Assembly: GCA_902767565.1 (NCBI GenBank)
Contig: CACXHY010000001.1
Location: forward strand, 166,217 to 230,216
DNA length: 64,000 nt
Reading direction: 5' to 3'
From: an uncultured Eubacteriales bacterium
GTDB lineage: Bacteria > Bacillota > Clostridia > Christensenellales > Aristaeellaceae
Within the stretch, counting starts at the first letter, position 1. Each line of letters starts with the position of its first letter. The notes below the pieces were generated by a model, which was not told where the DNA came from, ran no database searches, and was given only the letters and a program-made list of their open reading frames with translations. Below, piece after piece: positions 27,536-36,173 of this stretch. Made by a program: the position numbers and the translations under genes.

Positions 27536-30361
27536 TCAACAGATGGCTGACGTATCGATCCAGACGGCAGGGCGGACGGCGTTCGTACTGCCTGCCGGAC
27601 TGCCTTTTACGCGGCCGTTTTCGGTTACCTCGCATGGAAAGCCCTTGCTTTCCAACGAGCGAAGCCACCAGCTGACGGTCATGCTGCCGTCCATGAAGTA
27701 ATCGCCGCTCGTATGCCATCTGACTTTGGAATACGCACGCCCGGTGGGCAGGCACATCCACTCGTCATCAGAGACAAAGCAGCGTTTCGCTTCCGCATAA
27801 CTCAGCAGGAACACCCTGTCCCGGGTGTCACGGCCGTCATCGGCACTGCTCTCCGGCCGGCTCTGGCTTCGGCTGTTATCCACATTCGACAGCAGGATCG
27901 CCTGCTGCTCCTTATCGCTGAATGCCGCATGCAGGAAGGTCTCGTTCAGCCATCTGCGTATATCGCTGTTTTCCCAGGGTTCATTCGTTTTGGCCCACCA
28001 GCGGTTCCAGTCGCTGTTTTCATCCTCCTCCGCTTCTTCACTGTATTCCGGCTCATCCCCATCGGCAAATTCGTTATACTGATACGCATCCACGCCGTAA
28101 ACGCTGATCAGCAGCGAGCGATGATCAGTTGCGTCGTGTTCCAGCACCTTCCACAGGATCGGAGCGGCGGATCCCGGCTCATCCGCAAGCGGATAGGAAC
28201 CGAAGGCCACGATCCTCCCGGGTGTCCCGAAGGGATCAGCGTCCGGAGCATGGCGCATCTTGTCCTGTTCCAGCATCGCGTCCACGTCCCGGTACCCTTT
28301 GATCTGCTCAAACAAGGCTTTCGCCCGACCGTACATGCCCGCGCTGTAGTACGCCATGCCTGATCCGTATTTTTCCTCCCGGGCGTCAGGCGCTTCGAGT
28401 ACGCGTTCCCGGGCCTGCTTCGTCTCCGCGTCCAGCCTGGCGCAGTTGGCCTCCTCGTCCGCCAGGCGCTGCGTGGCCTGACGCAGCCTGGCCTCCACCT
28501 CGGCGCGCCGTTTGCCGCTGAACAGCCCGCGCAGCTGGCTCAGTTCCTCATTCAGGCGCCGCACTTCGGCGGAGGCCTGGTTCCTGGCGGCAACCGCTCT
28601 CTGCGACGCCTGGATCGCCTTCTGCGCGGCCTGATCCGCATTCTGATACGCCGAGCGCTGCTCCTCACAGCGGCGCCGGATCTCATCGGCCAGCCCTTCC
28701 GCCTGCCGAATCCCCTGCCGCCATTCGGCCTGACGCCTGACCAGAGACTCCGCCTTTTCCCGAAGGCGCAGCATGTCCTCTCTTCTGACTTCGCGATCGC
28801 GCTCTTCGCACTCCTGTTTCAGCGGTGCAAAGCTTTCGACGGCGATGAACTCCCGTCTTTTGTTTTCCACCATCCGGACCTGGTAAACGGTGTTCGCCTG
28901 CCGCAGCTGCTGCCGAAGGATCTCCATCGCGCGGGACTCACATTGCCGTATCAGTTCCTCCGTGGCATCGGTACGGACGCTCCTCAGCTCCTGTCTGGCC
29001 TTCATCAGGCCGTCCACCGAAGCGAGCGGATCGTTCACCAGCGCCGCCGCGCGCCCGACGGTCCTCCGGTCCTGCTCCTCCCGTTTTTCCAGGTGGGCGA
29101 TCCGCGCCTGCAGCACCCATGCCAGCCACTCCCGGGCGTCTCTCAATCCTATCTCACCGGGGATCCGCTCCAGGCGCATCCTGAGCTGCCCGTCGGAAAA
29201 GCGAAGCGCCTTCCGGTAGTCCTTGTCCTCCTGCAAGTCGGGTCTGAGCGCGATCAGCCGGCTGTCGCTGTCGCACCGGTACCTGGTCAGCAGACGCAGC
29301 CAATAGGCCTGGGCGTTTTCCGGATCCTTGTCCAGCACGCGGTCGATATACTCGTCCGCCTTCGCCCATTCCTGATCCTGCAGGAACAGTTCAGCGCGCC
29401 TGAGCAGCGGCGCGGTCTCGCTCGCGTTTCCGTTTCCGTAACCGACCGCCGCGGGCGCGGGCGCCATCTCCTTCCCGCACAGCTTCACCACGCCCCGGGT
29501 CAGGTCCTGCAGCCAGCCCAGCTTTCCCATATCCTGGGCCTGCAGCTGGCGGAACTCCTTGGGGATATCGTAGGCGTCCACGTCCTTGAAGCAGGGGATC
29601 AGCGTCTTGCTCCTGTCCGTCTTCATCATTGACAGGAAGCGCATCCATTCGTTCTTCACCCACACCGCGTCGTAGTATTCGAATTTCGTACCGACCGCGA
29701 GCATAACTTTTGCCGAGGACAGGGCCGCGTAGATGTAAGGCTCATACTGCTGCCCCAGCTTGTCCTCCAGCGTGATCCGGGCGAAAAACACCTTGAGTCC
29801 CCTGCCGGTCAGGCTGTCGTATATGTCCTGGGCCAGCACGCTGTCCTCGGTGCGGCCGCCCTCCTCCGCCGTTTCCTTGTAGCAGATGAACACGTCGTAG
29901 GGCGCTTCATTGGCCACGATCGTCAGGATCCCCTTCTGGATGCGGTCAATGGCTTTCGCCTCGTCCCGGTACAGCCGCCGCGATATGGCGTCCGCATATT
30001 CGCAGGCCTGTTCAAAATCGCTGTCATCCAGAATGGACGCGGTCAGGGTCCGGTGGCAGGTGGGCACTTTGTTCCCCGTGGCCGGATCGTCCACATATTC
30101 GATGCCGTACTTGCACAGGCACTGGCCCCAGTACGCTTCCGCTTCCTCAGGGAATTCCGCCGTGATGGAGACGTACACAGCCGCCGCCCGGTCGAATTCC
30201 GCATTCATCCGCAGCCGGTTCGCCCGATTGAACAGGTTGGCCCTTTTTTCGTCGTCCGCCGCGGGGACGGTCTGCTGCGTGCCGCAAAAGTCGCATTCAC
30301 AGATCGTGCTCCCCGCCGTGATGTTCAGATCCCCGCCGCACATTTTGCATTTCAGGATCAT
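27536..30361 (-). CDS. large zinc-ribbon / TPR-like / TIR-domain / coiled-coil / DUF6273-like protein (candidate NADase effector)
   Basis: N-terminal CKMCGG...CECDFCG zinc ribbon; TPR-like EAEAYWGQCLCKYGIEYVDD; TIR domain ~29490-29910 (DVFICYKETAEEGG...LKVFFARITLEDKLGQQYEPYIYAALSSAKVMLAVGTKFEYYDAVWVKNEWMRF); long coiled coil; C-terminal ILWKVL...WWLRS...PAVWID domain; RBS GGGAGGA before ATG 30361. Confidence 0.75.
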   Translation of the reverse strand: MILKCKMCGGDLNITAGSTICECDFCGTQQTVPAADDEKRANLFNRANRLRMNAEFDRAAAVYVSITAEFPEEAEAYWGQCLCKYGIEYVDDPATGNKVPTCHRTLTASILDDSDFEQACEYADAISRRLYRDEAKAIDRIQKGILTIVANEAPYDVFICYKETAEEGGRTEDSVLAQDIYDSLTGRGLKVFFARITLEDKLGQQYEPYIYAALSSAKVMLAVGTKFEYYDAVWVKNEWMRFLSMMKTDRSKTLIPCFKDVDAYDIPKEFRQLQAQDMGKLGWLQDLTRGVVKLCGKEMAPAPAAVGYGNGNASETAPLLRRAELFLQDQEWAKADEYIDRVLDKDPENAQAYWLRLLTRYRCDSDSRLIALRPDLQEDKDYRKALRFSDGQLRMRLERIPGEIGLRDAREWLAWVLQARIAHLEKREEQDRRTVGRAAALVNDPLASVDGLMKARQELRSVRTDATEELIRQCESRAMEILRQQLRQANTVYQVRMVENKRREFIAVESFAPLKQECEERDREVRREDMLRLREKAESLVRRQAEWRQGIRQAEGLADEIRRRCEEQRSAYQNADQAAQKAIQASQRAVAARNQASAEVRRLNEELSQLRGLFSGKRRAEVEARLRQATQRLADEEANCARLDAETKQARERVLEAPDAREEKYGSGMAYYSAGMYGRAKALFEQIKGYRDVDAMLEQDKMRHAPDADPFGTPGRIVAFGSYPLADEPGSAAPILWKVLEHDATDHRSLLISVYGVDAYQYNEFADGDEPEYSEEAEEDENSDWNRWWAKTNEPWENSDIRRWLNETFLHAAFSDKEQQAILLSNVDNSRSQSRPESSADDGRDTRDRVFLLSYAEAKRCFVSDDEWMCLPTGRAYSKVRWHTSGDYFMDGSMTVSWWLRSLESKGFPCEVTENGRVKGSPAGSTNAVRPAVWIDTSAIC
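29490..29910 (-). other. TIR domain region within the 941-aa protein
   Basis: DVFICY (beta-A), SAKVMLAVGT (beta-D-like), WVKNEW (alpha-C-like, putative catalytic Glu). Confidence 0.6.
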
Positions 30362-30386
30362 GACCATTCCTCCCGAATCCTTCGCT

Positions 30387-31082
30387 TCACTTGCTGATGG
30401 CGGCTACCCGGTTGCGCTCTGTGAGGGTGTCGAGCACTTTCGTGCAGAGCTTTCCGGCCCCGTCCCTGTCGCCGTCCGTGATGGCCTGCTGAAGCTCCTT
30501 CATCTGCTGCAGGATGTCCTCCTCCAGCGGCACGGTCTCAGCGGAGGAGACCGGATCGCTGAAGCGCAGCTCCTCGGCCAGCTTCTTCACCTTCGCCTTC
30601 AGCTCCCCTTCGGGGCACACGGAGGCCAGGGACGCAGCCAACGACTGCAGCCCCCGCATGAAGGTGACGTCCTTTTTCAGCTGTGCGTCCTGCCGGACCA
30701 CCTCGTCCCGAACGGTCTCCGTGGTGATGCATCCCACCACCGCGGCGGCGAACAGCAGGGCAGAGGGGATCACCGCGCACCAGGCCGGTACCGTCACGAA
30801 GATGCACAGCACCATCACGATGAGACTGAGGATCAGCTGGACCGCCAGGTAGATCAGCCCCACCCTGGCCACGGAAAACCCATAGAAGCGGCTCCGGGCA
30901 TCATTCTTCCCCATTTCCGCCGCATTGAAAACATAAAGCTGGAAAACGATCGCCAGCAGGCCGAAGCCGAAGGAAAGCCAGAAGGCCGCGTTCCGCTTTG
31001 CCGGAAGAAAGAGGGAGATCATCACGAACACGCCGGCGACGACGAGCATCAGCACGATGGCGCGCAGGGTAAGCTTTTTCAC
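30387..31082 (-). CDS. small 4-TM membrane protein with cytoplasmic coiled-coil tail (unknown function)
   Basis: Four hydrophobic helices in the first 130 aa, then a charged, helical C-terminus; 4-nt spacer to the SPFH gene and 19 nt to the TIR gene. Confidence 0.6.
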   Translation of the reverse strand: MKKLTLRAIVLMLVVAGVFVMISLFLPAKRNAAFWLSFGFGLLAIVFQLYVFNAAEMGKNDARSRFYGFSVARVGLIYLAVQLILSLIVMVLCIFVTVPAWCAVIPSALLFAAAVVGCITTETVRDEVVRQDAQLKKDVTFMRGLQSLAASLASVCPEGELKAKVKKLAEELRFSDPVSSAETVPLEEDILQQMKELQQAITDGDRDGAGKLCTKVLDTLTERNRVAAISK

Positions 31083-31085
31083 GGG

Positions 31086-32915
31086 TCATTCTCCTCTCTT
31101 CCGTCCGCAGTTGCCGCAGAAATTGCCGGTGATGCCCTTCTGACCGCACACGCAGTCCCACGCGGCCGGAGGCTCCGGACGGCGGGCGCCGCAGTTGGTG
31201 CAGAAGTTGCCGGTGATGCCCTTCTGTCCGCAGCCGCAGTCCCAGGTCTGCACAGGTGCAGGCCGCCGGGCGCCGCAGTTGCCGCAGAAATTGCCCGTGA
31301 TGCCCTTCTGCCCGCAGCTGCAGTCCCAGGTGTCCGCGGACGGGGCGGCGGAGGCGGGAGACGCGGGCTGTGCCTGGATGTTCATCGCCTGCATGATGCC
31401 GCCGAGCTGCGGGGCGATGGCACCGGCAGCCGCCATGCCGACCCCGAGGCCCAGCATGTCGCCGATGATGCCGCTGCCGCCGCCGGACGAGATCACCGGC
31501 CCCATATTACCGATGCTTTCCGCATAGGCCTTCTGCACCTCGGCCTGCAGCACATCCTTCTGGCTATATCCCTTGGCCTTCATGATCTCGGCCTCCGTCA
31601 GACCGGCCATGCGCTGCGCCTGAGCCTCTGCCTGCGCCTCGATGACCCGACGTTCCGCGGCCCTGCGGGCGATCTCGGTCTCGGTGGTCTGGCGCTGGAT
31701 CTCGGCCTCCCTGCGGGCCGCCTCAATGGCTGCCTTGCTCTGCTCCTCCGCGGTCCGGTACATGGTCTCGCTCTGTGCCTTGGCGGTCTTCACCGTGGCC
31801 TCGGCCTGATACATGCGGGTCTGGAGCGTGATGGTATGGAGCTCGCGGATGCGCTTGAAGTTCGGGTCGTCCTCCGGCAGCACCACATTGGTCACGTAGA
31901 ACTGCGGGATGGTCAGGCCGTAATCCTCGAATCCCGGAGCGATCGCGTCCCGCAGGCTGGCGGAGAGCAGGTCCAGTTTCGTATCGATCTCCAGGATATC
32001 GATGGCTTCCTTCGTGATGATGGAAGCCAGGTTCGTCTTGACGGCACTGGTGATGAGCGGGCGGAAGGAGGCCTGGATCGACTTCGTCAGTCCCGGGCCT
32101 TCTTCCCAGGAGATGCCCTTCATGGTGCCGACCAGTTTGACCAGCAGCTTGCGGGAGTTGGAGACCTGCACGTTCATCTCACCGGAAGCGCCCAGCTGCA
32201 GCGGTGTGCCGGTCAGCGGATCGATAAAGCGGGCTTTCTCCGGAGTGCCCCACTTGATCGCCATCTGCACGGTCTTGTTGATGAAATAGACCTCCGAGTG
32301 AAAGGTGCCTTCCGTATCGGTGGGCAGGGGGCTGACCCGCTCCAGCATGGGCAGCTTCTGCGTCTCAAGGGTGTAACGGCCGGGTCCGAAGAGATCCAGA
32401 GCCTGACCGTCGCGGAAGAAGATAGCCTCCTGGCTCTCGTGGACGATCAGCTGGGAGCCGTAATTGAAATCCTCGATGGGATGCTTCCAGACGAAGACGC
32501 TGTTGTCGCCCTCGTATTTGATGATGCTGGCCAGACCGTCCCGGCGGGTCTGCTCCGCGATCAGGCGCTCCTGCACGTCGTTCACATAATCGCAGACCGG
32601 GCAGGTAAAGCTGACGGCGCCTTTTGCCGTGCTCAGCCGGATGCCGCACTGGCGGCAGGAGAAGGCCTGCTCCCGCTGTCCGTCCGACAGGGCGTCGATG
32701 GAGGCATTGCAGACCGGGCAGACCGCCTTGGAGCCCTTGGTCTGATCATAGACGATCTGGTTGGAACAGCGCGGGCACTTGACCGAAGCCATTTTATCCA
32801 GCTTCAGGTCGATGGTGTATCCGCAGCTGCAGGGGATCTTCTTTTTCGCGAAGATCCCGGTCTTTCCCTGGGCATACTTCCCGCACGCGGGACACGCGAT
32901 CGCAAACTGTGCCAT
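31086..32915 (-). CDS. SPFH/band-7 domain protein with N-terminal and tandem C-terminal zinc ribbons (COG4260 / YdjI-like, flotillin-like)
   Basis: Four CxxC pairs in the first 150 aa; central SPFH domain with coiled coil; C-terminal WDC(x)CGQKGITGNFCxNCGxRRP repeated three times; RBS GGGAGGAAAG before ATG 32915. Confidence 0.75.
   Translation of the reverse strand: MAQFAIACPACGKYAQGKTGIFAKKKIPCSCGYTIDLKLDKMASVKCPRCSNQIVYDQTKGSKAVCPVCNASIDALSDGQREQAFSCRQCGIRLSTAKGAVSFTCPVCDYVNDVQERLIAEQTRRDGLASIIKYEGDNSVFVWKHPIEDFNYGSQLIVHESQEAIFFRDGQALDLFGPGRYTLETQKLPMLERVSPLPTDTEGTFHSEVYFINKTVQMAIKWGTPEKARFIDPLTGTPLQLGASGEMNVQVSNSRKLLVKLVGTMKGISWEEGPGLTKSIQASFRPLITSAVKTNLASIITKEAIDILEIDTKLDLLSASLRDAIAPGFEDYGLTIPQFYVTNVVLPEDDPNFKRIRELHTITLQTRMYQAEATVKTAKAQSETMYRTAEEQSKAAIEAARREAEIQRQTTETEIARRAAERRVIEAQAEAQAQRMAGLTEAEIMKAKGYSQKDVLQAEVQKAYAESIGNMGPVISSGGGSGIIGDMLGLGVGMAAAGAIAPQLGGIMQAMNIQAQPASPASAAPSADTWDCSCGQKGITGNFCGNCGARRPAPVQTWDCGCGQKGITGNFCTNCGARRPEPPAAWDCVCGQKGITGNFCGNCGRKRGE
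31108..31345. repeat. three tandem 84-nt direct repeats inside the SPFH gene (encoding 28-aa zinc-ribbon repeats)
   Basis: Repeat units start at 31108, 31192 and 31276 (period 84) with ~85% identity between units. Confidence 0.85.
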
Positions 32916-33096
32916 TGTTCTTTCCTCCCGATCAGTGTATCGCTTATACCTGCGCGATCCGGCGCATGGCGGCTGACGACGGTCTGTCACGCGTCAGCCC
33001 GGAGAAGCCGCCGGTACGCGTGTCCGGTTGCCGGAACGGCTGTCCCGTCACCGCAGCGCAAGCCTCTGTCTGCGGCAGATCATTTCACTATTTTGG

Positions 33097-33125
33097 AGTA
33101 TACCACAATTGCGGCGCGGATTCAA
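33097..33125 (-). promoter_or_regulatory. near-consensus sigma70 promoter (TTGAAT-17-TATACT, TG-extended) of the SPFH/4-TM/TIR operon
   Basis: Minus strand reads cTTGAATccgcgccgcaattgTGgTATACT; about 175 nt upstream of the SPFH gene start. Confidence 0.6.
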
Positions 33126-33281
33126 GTCTCGTGACGGAGAAGGACCGGTCAGACCTGACGCCGCAGCGCATCCAAAATGACCCGAAGCGCCGGCGGAGCA
33201 TCCTTTCCACCACACCATCGAGAGGAAGCGTCCGCAGGGCGGGAGAACGCCGCGCTCCGGGCATGAAGCGGCGTGTCCGCA

Positions 33282-33322
33282 CAGAGCAAAACCCCGGGAA
33301 CGGCGGGTTTGCCGTCCCGGGG
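33282..33322 (-). terminator. rho-independent terminator after the VirD4-like ATPase gene
   Basis: CCCCGGGA(A)CGGC-aaaccc-GCCGTTCCCGGGG hairpin followed by TTTTGCTCT on the minus strand. Confidence 0.7.
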
Positions 33323-33393
33323 CAGGATGCAAGGTATTCTGCTGCCCGTCTGCGGATCGTCGCGGGCATCGGTCGAAGCCGGTGGAACGGTCC

Positions 33394-34794
33394 CTATGCG
33401 CTTTGCCGTGCCGCGTCCCGGGAGAGGCGCCGCTCGACCGCGCTGAGGTCTTCCAACTGCGTATAGAAAGGCGGCGTTCTTTCCCGGATGATCACGCCTT
33501 CCTCATACCGCATCAGCGACAGCTGGGCAGGCGTGATCAGAGGATCGCCGAGGGGGTTGTGACCGCACAGCTGGCTGAGTTTCAACCTGAAGCTTTCATC
33601 CTTGGCGATGTTCAGCGCGATCCAGGTGGAGCAATTGGCGGATATCGTTCCCGCCGCCGCGCCGTATACGCCTTCCAGCTGGCTGTAGCTCTGGATCGCG
33701 AGGACATACCGGATGCCGCGTGACCGGGAGATGGTCAGCGCCGTTTCCAGCCCTGGGATGGCAGGCCGGATATTGCACAGCTCATCCAGGTATATCTCCG
33801 TGCGGACCGGCAGGCGGCCGCCATGCTTCATGGCGCAATCGTTCAGGTCCTGGATCATCTGCGTCAGGAGCATCCCCTGCAGGCCGCCCAGCGCTGTCGA
33901 GTCATCCGGAAGGCTGATGTAGAGCACCGTCGGGCTGAGACCGATCTCCTGAAAGTCCAGGGCTTTGGGACGGGTCATCATCTCCAGGATATCGTCCCGG
34001 GCCGTAAAGTGCGTGATATAGCTGTTGAAGCAGGTCAGCACGTTGCCCCGCGTTACGTTGGAGCCATTCCGGAAGCCTTCCAGATTCCGCCGGGCCGGTG
34101 AATCCTTCGGGAGTTCGTCCGCAGAACTGAACAGCGGCGAAAGACTGTCGTAATCGCTGTCTGCCGTAATGGAAGCAGCCATTTTCAGCACTACGGACAG
34201 TGTCAGATCCCGGTTTGACTCCCAGATCGTGTAACAGATGCCCCGGAACAGGCTTGCGGAGGTGTTGCGCCAGAACGGATCGGAGCGGCTGCTTGGACCG
34301 TCATTAAAAACGGCGGCGATCAGGTCCTCCAGCAGTTTGACCGCCTTGTTCCGCTGCTTTCCGCCCTGCTTGTAAAGCGTGTTGATCTTCAGGAAGGGAT
34401 TCCAGGGGCTGCCCTTCTCGGGATCCCGGAAATCGACCCGCCGGATGGTGTATCCGCATTTGCGGGCCAGGTCCGACGTGGCCGCTTCCAACTCGCCCTT
34501 CACGTCAAAGACCACATAGGAGCGTTTGCTGCGGGCGGAGAGGGAATAGAGAAGCGACGGAATGATGATCAGCCGGGACTTGCCGGTGCCGGTGGCGCCG
34601 ATCACCAGCACATGGCGGCACTCATCTCCGCCGTCGGCCAGGACCCGGCCCCCGTGGTTGAGTAGGATGACGCCACCCTCCTCGCGGGCGTCGTCCCACG
34701 CGCCCTGCACGCAGCCCGGCATGCCGGTCAAGTCCGCATCGGAAGCCCATCCGGAAGAAGTATGCAGTCGATTCAGATACTTCTCGTAGTACAT
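33394..34794 (-). CDS. TraG/VirD4/TrwB-family (type IV coupling protein-like) ATPase, soluble form without TM helices
   Basis: Walker A VLVIGATGTGKS; FDVKGELEA motif; DPFWRNTSASLF; C-terminal region typical of T4CP all-alpha/TraG-D_C; no N-terminal TM segments; RBS AAGGAGG before ATG 34794. Confidence 0.65.
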   Translation of the reverse strand: MYYEKYLNRLHTSSGWASDADLTGMPGCVQGAWDDAREEGGVILLNHGGRVLADGGDECRHVLVIGATGTGKSRLIIIPSLLYSLSARSKRSYVVFDVKGELEAATSDLARKCGYTIRRVDFRDPEKGSPWNPFLKINTLYKQGGKQRNKAVKLLEDLIAAVFNDGPSSRSDPFWRNTSASLFRGICYTIWESNRDLTLSVVLKMAASITADSDYDSLSPLFSSADELPKDSPARRNLEGFRNGSNVTRGNVLTCFNSYITHFTARDDILEMMTRPKALDFQEIGLSPTVLYISLPDDSTALGGLQGMLLTQMIQDLNDCAMKHGGRLPVRTEIYLDELCNIRPAIPGLETALTISRSRGIRYVLAIQSYSQLEGVYGAAAGTISANCSTWIALNIAKDESFRLKLSQLCGHNPLGDPLITPAQLSLMRYEEGVIIRERTPPFYTQLEDLSAVERRLSRDAARQSA

Positions 34795-34805
34795 GGCATC
34801 CTCCT

Positions 34806-35567
34806 TCATTCGACGGAGCCGAACCCGATCCTCCTGGAGCCGGGGCATCTGTCGGGCTTTCCCGTCCTCGTCCTGTTGAAGCGATTCATGTAGGAGTAGG
34901 GGTCCTCCAGCGCCGAACGAAGGCTGTCTTCCGTGATGATGTCATTCCCGGCGCCGCAGGAGTGCAGAAAGCGCACGGCATCAAACCCCTTGTCGCCCTC
35001 CACCTCTCTCAGCGCGGCTTTCAGGAGCCGCGCCGCTTCATCGGTCGCGCAGGTCATGCCCGCCTTCCCGAGCATCACGCGGAGAGAGGCATGCCAATGG
35101 CGGCTCCTCACTTGCTCCACGTCCAGCCTGCCGTCAAAATCCAGGCAGTCGGCTGCCGTCAGACATTCGTTTTCCGTCGATACGCCGTAGAATACCGTGA
35201 CGCATTTCGAGGCGAGGCCATCGCGGATGGCCATGACCTCGCCCAGAGCCTTCAGGCGGTGACGGTCCTCCGGGTGTTTCAGCAGGCCGGAGATGTTCAG
35301 CAGAACCAATCCGCAGAAATGGCTCTTTCTCCCCGCCGCGGCGATCAGTCTTCCGCACAGGGCGGCCAGATCACGAAAACTGTTGGGGTCCTCATCCCCG
35401 GTGATCTCCATGGAGACCATGGGGCAGCTGTTCAGAACGGTGCGTTCTGGAAAACCGTCGGGTATGGAAGCATTGATGCCGCAGATGATTTCCTCCAGAT
35501 CATCTTTCGGGCAGTTGAGCAGGATCCGGGAACCGGGTGGTTTGGCAAAGAGCTGCGCAATCGTCAT
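34806..35567 (-). CDS. hypothetical protein (253 aa), co-operonic with the VirD4-like ATPase
   Basis: 12-nt spacer to the downstream gene; no recognisable motifs. Confidence 0.45.
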   Translation of the reverse strand: MTIAQLFAKPPGSRILLNCPKDDLEEIICGINASIPDGFPERTVLNSCPMVSMEITGDEDPNSFRDLAALCGRLIAAAGRKSHFCGLVLLNISGLLKHPEDRHRLKALGEVMAIRDGLASKCVTVFYGVSTENECLTAADCLDFDGRLDVEQVRSRHWHASLRVMLGKAGMTCATDEAARLLKAALREVEGDKGFDAVRFLHSCGAGNDIITEDSLRSALEDPYSYMNRFNRTRTGKPDRCPGSRRIGFGSVE

Positions 35568-36173
35568 TTCCGTCGCGTTCCTCCCGCGTGCGTCCGCATT
35601 GCCGCTTGCGATGTTCCGTTTGCACCTGTACGATATCAGATAATGAGCCCTTTGTCATTGACCTTGCAGTTCACACCGGGAAAGCAGACGCGCATCCCGG
35701 AAGCAGAAAAGGCCGTGATCGCCGGTGCCGCATGGTGCCGGCCGTCACGGGCTGTTCCTTATCCGGTGCGGTTGATCATACCGCTCATCATCCTCCGCCG
35801 TTTCAGGCGTGCCGTTCTCCGGGGGCCTGGATCGGGGCGGATCTGCGGTCCGCCGTATTTCAGGCGGTTTCGTCACCGGTCAGATCGCCGTCGGTTGGCC
35901 GGAAGATCAGGACCTTGCTCCGGAACGCTTTCCAGGCGGAATCGAAACAGCGCTTACCGCAGCAGACAACCCGGGTTCGGGTGCCGTCCCGGCGAAGCAT
36001 CTCATGCTTCAGACAGGCGCTATCGCCATGTGTGAAGCTGTTGTTCACCTGTAGCATGAAAGCTTGATCCGCGCTTGTCTTGCGGGAACGGTCCGCATGT
36101 GCTATATTCAGGGAAGCACATGTTTCCCCCATCCAATGACTGATAGAGCGCCTGCGCGCAAAGGAGGAGCACC

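Noticed and set aside
33394-34794. HerA/FtsK-type rather than VirD4-type assignment for the soluble ATPase
   Set aside because: I considered a HerA-like (DUF87) defence ATPase because the TM domain is absent. The post-Walker-A FDVKGEL and DPFW motifs and the C-terminal all-alpha region fit the TraG/VirD4/TrwB coupling-protein family better. I kept it as VirD4-like, with the HerA alternative flagged for HMM testing.
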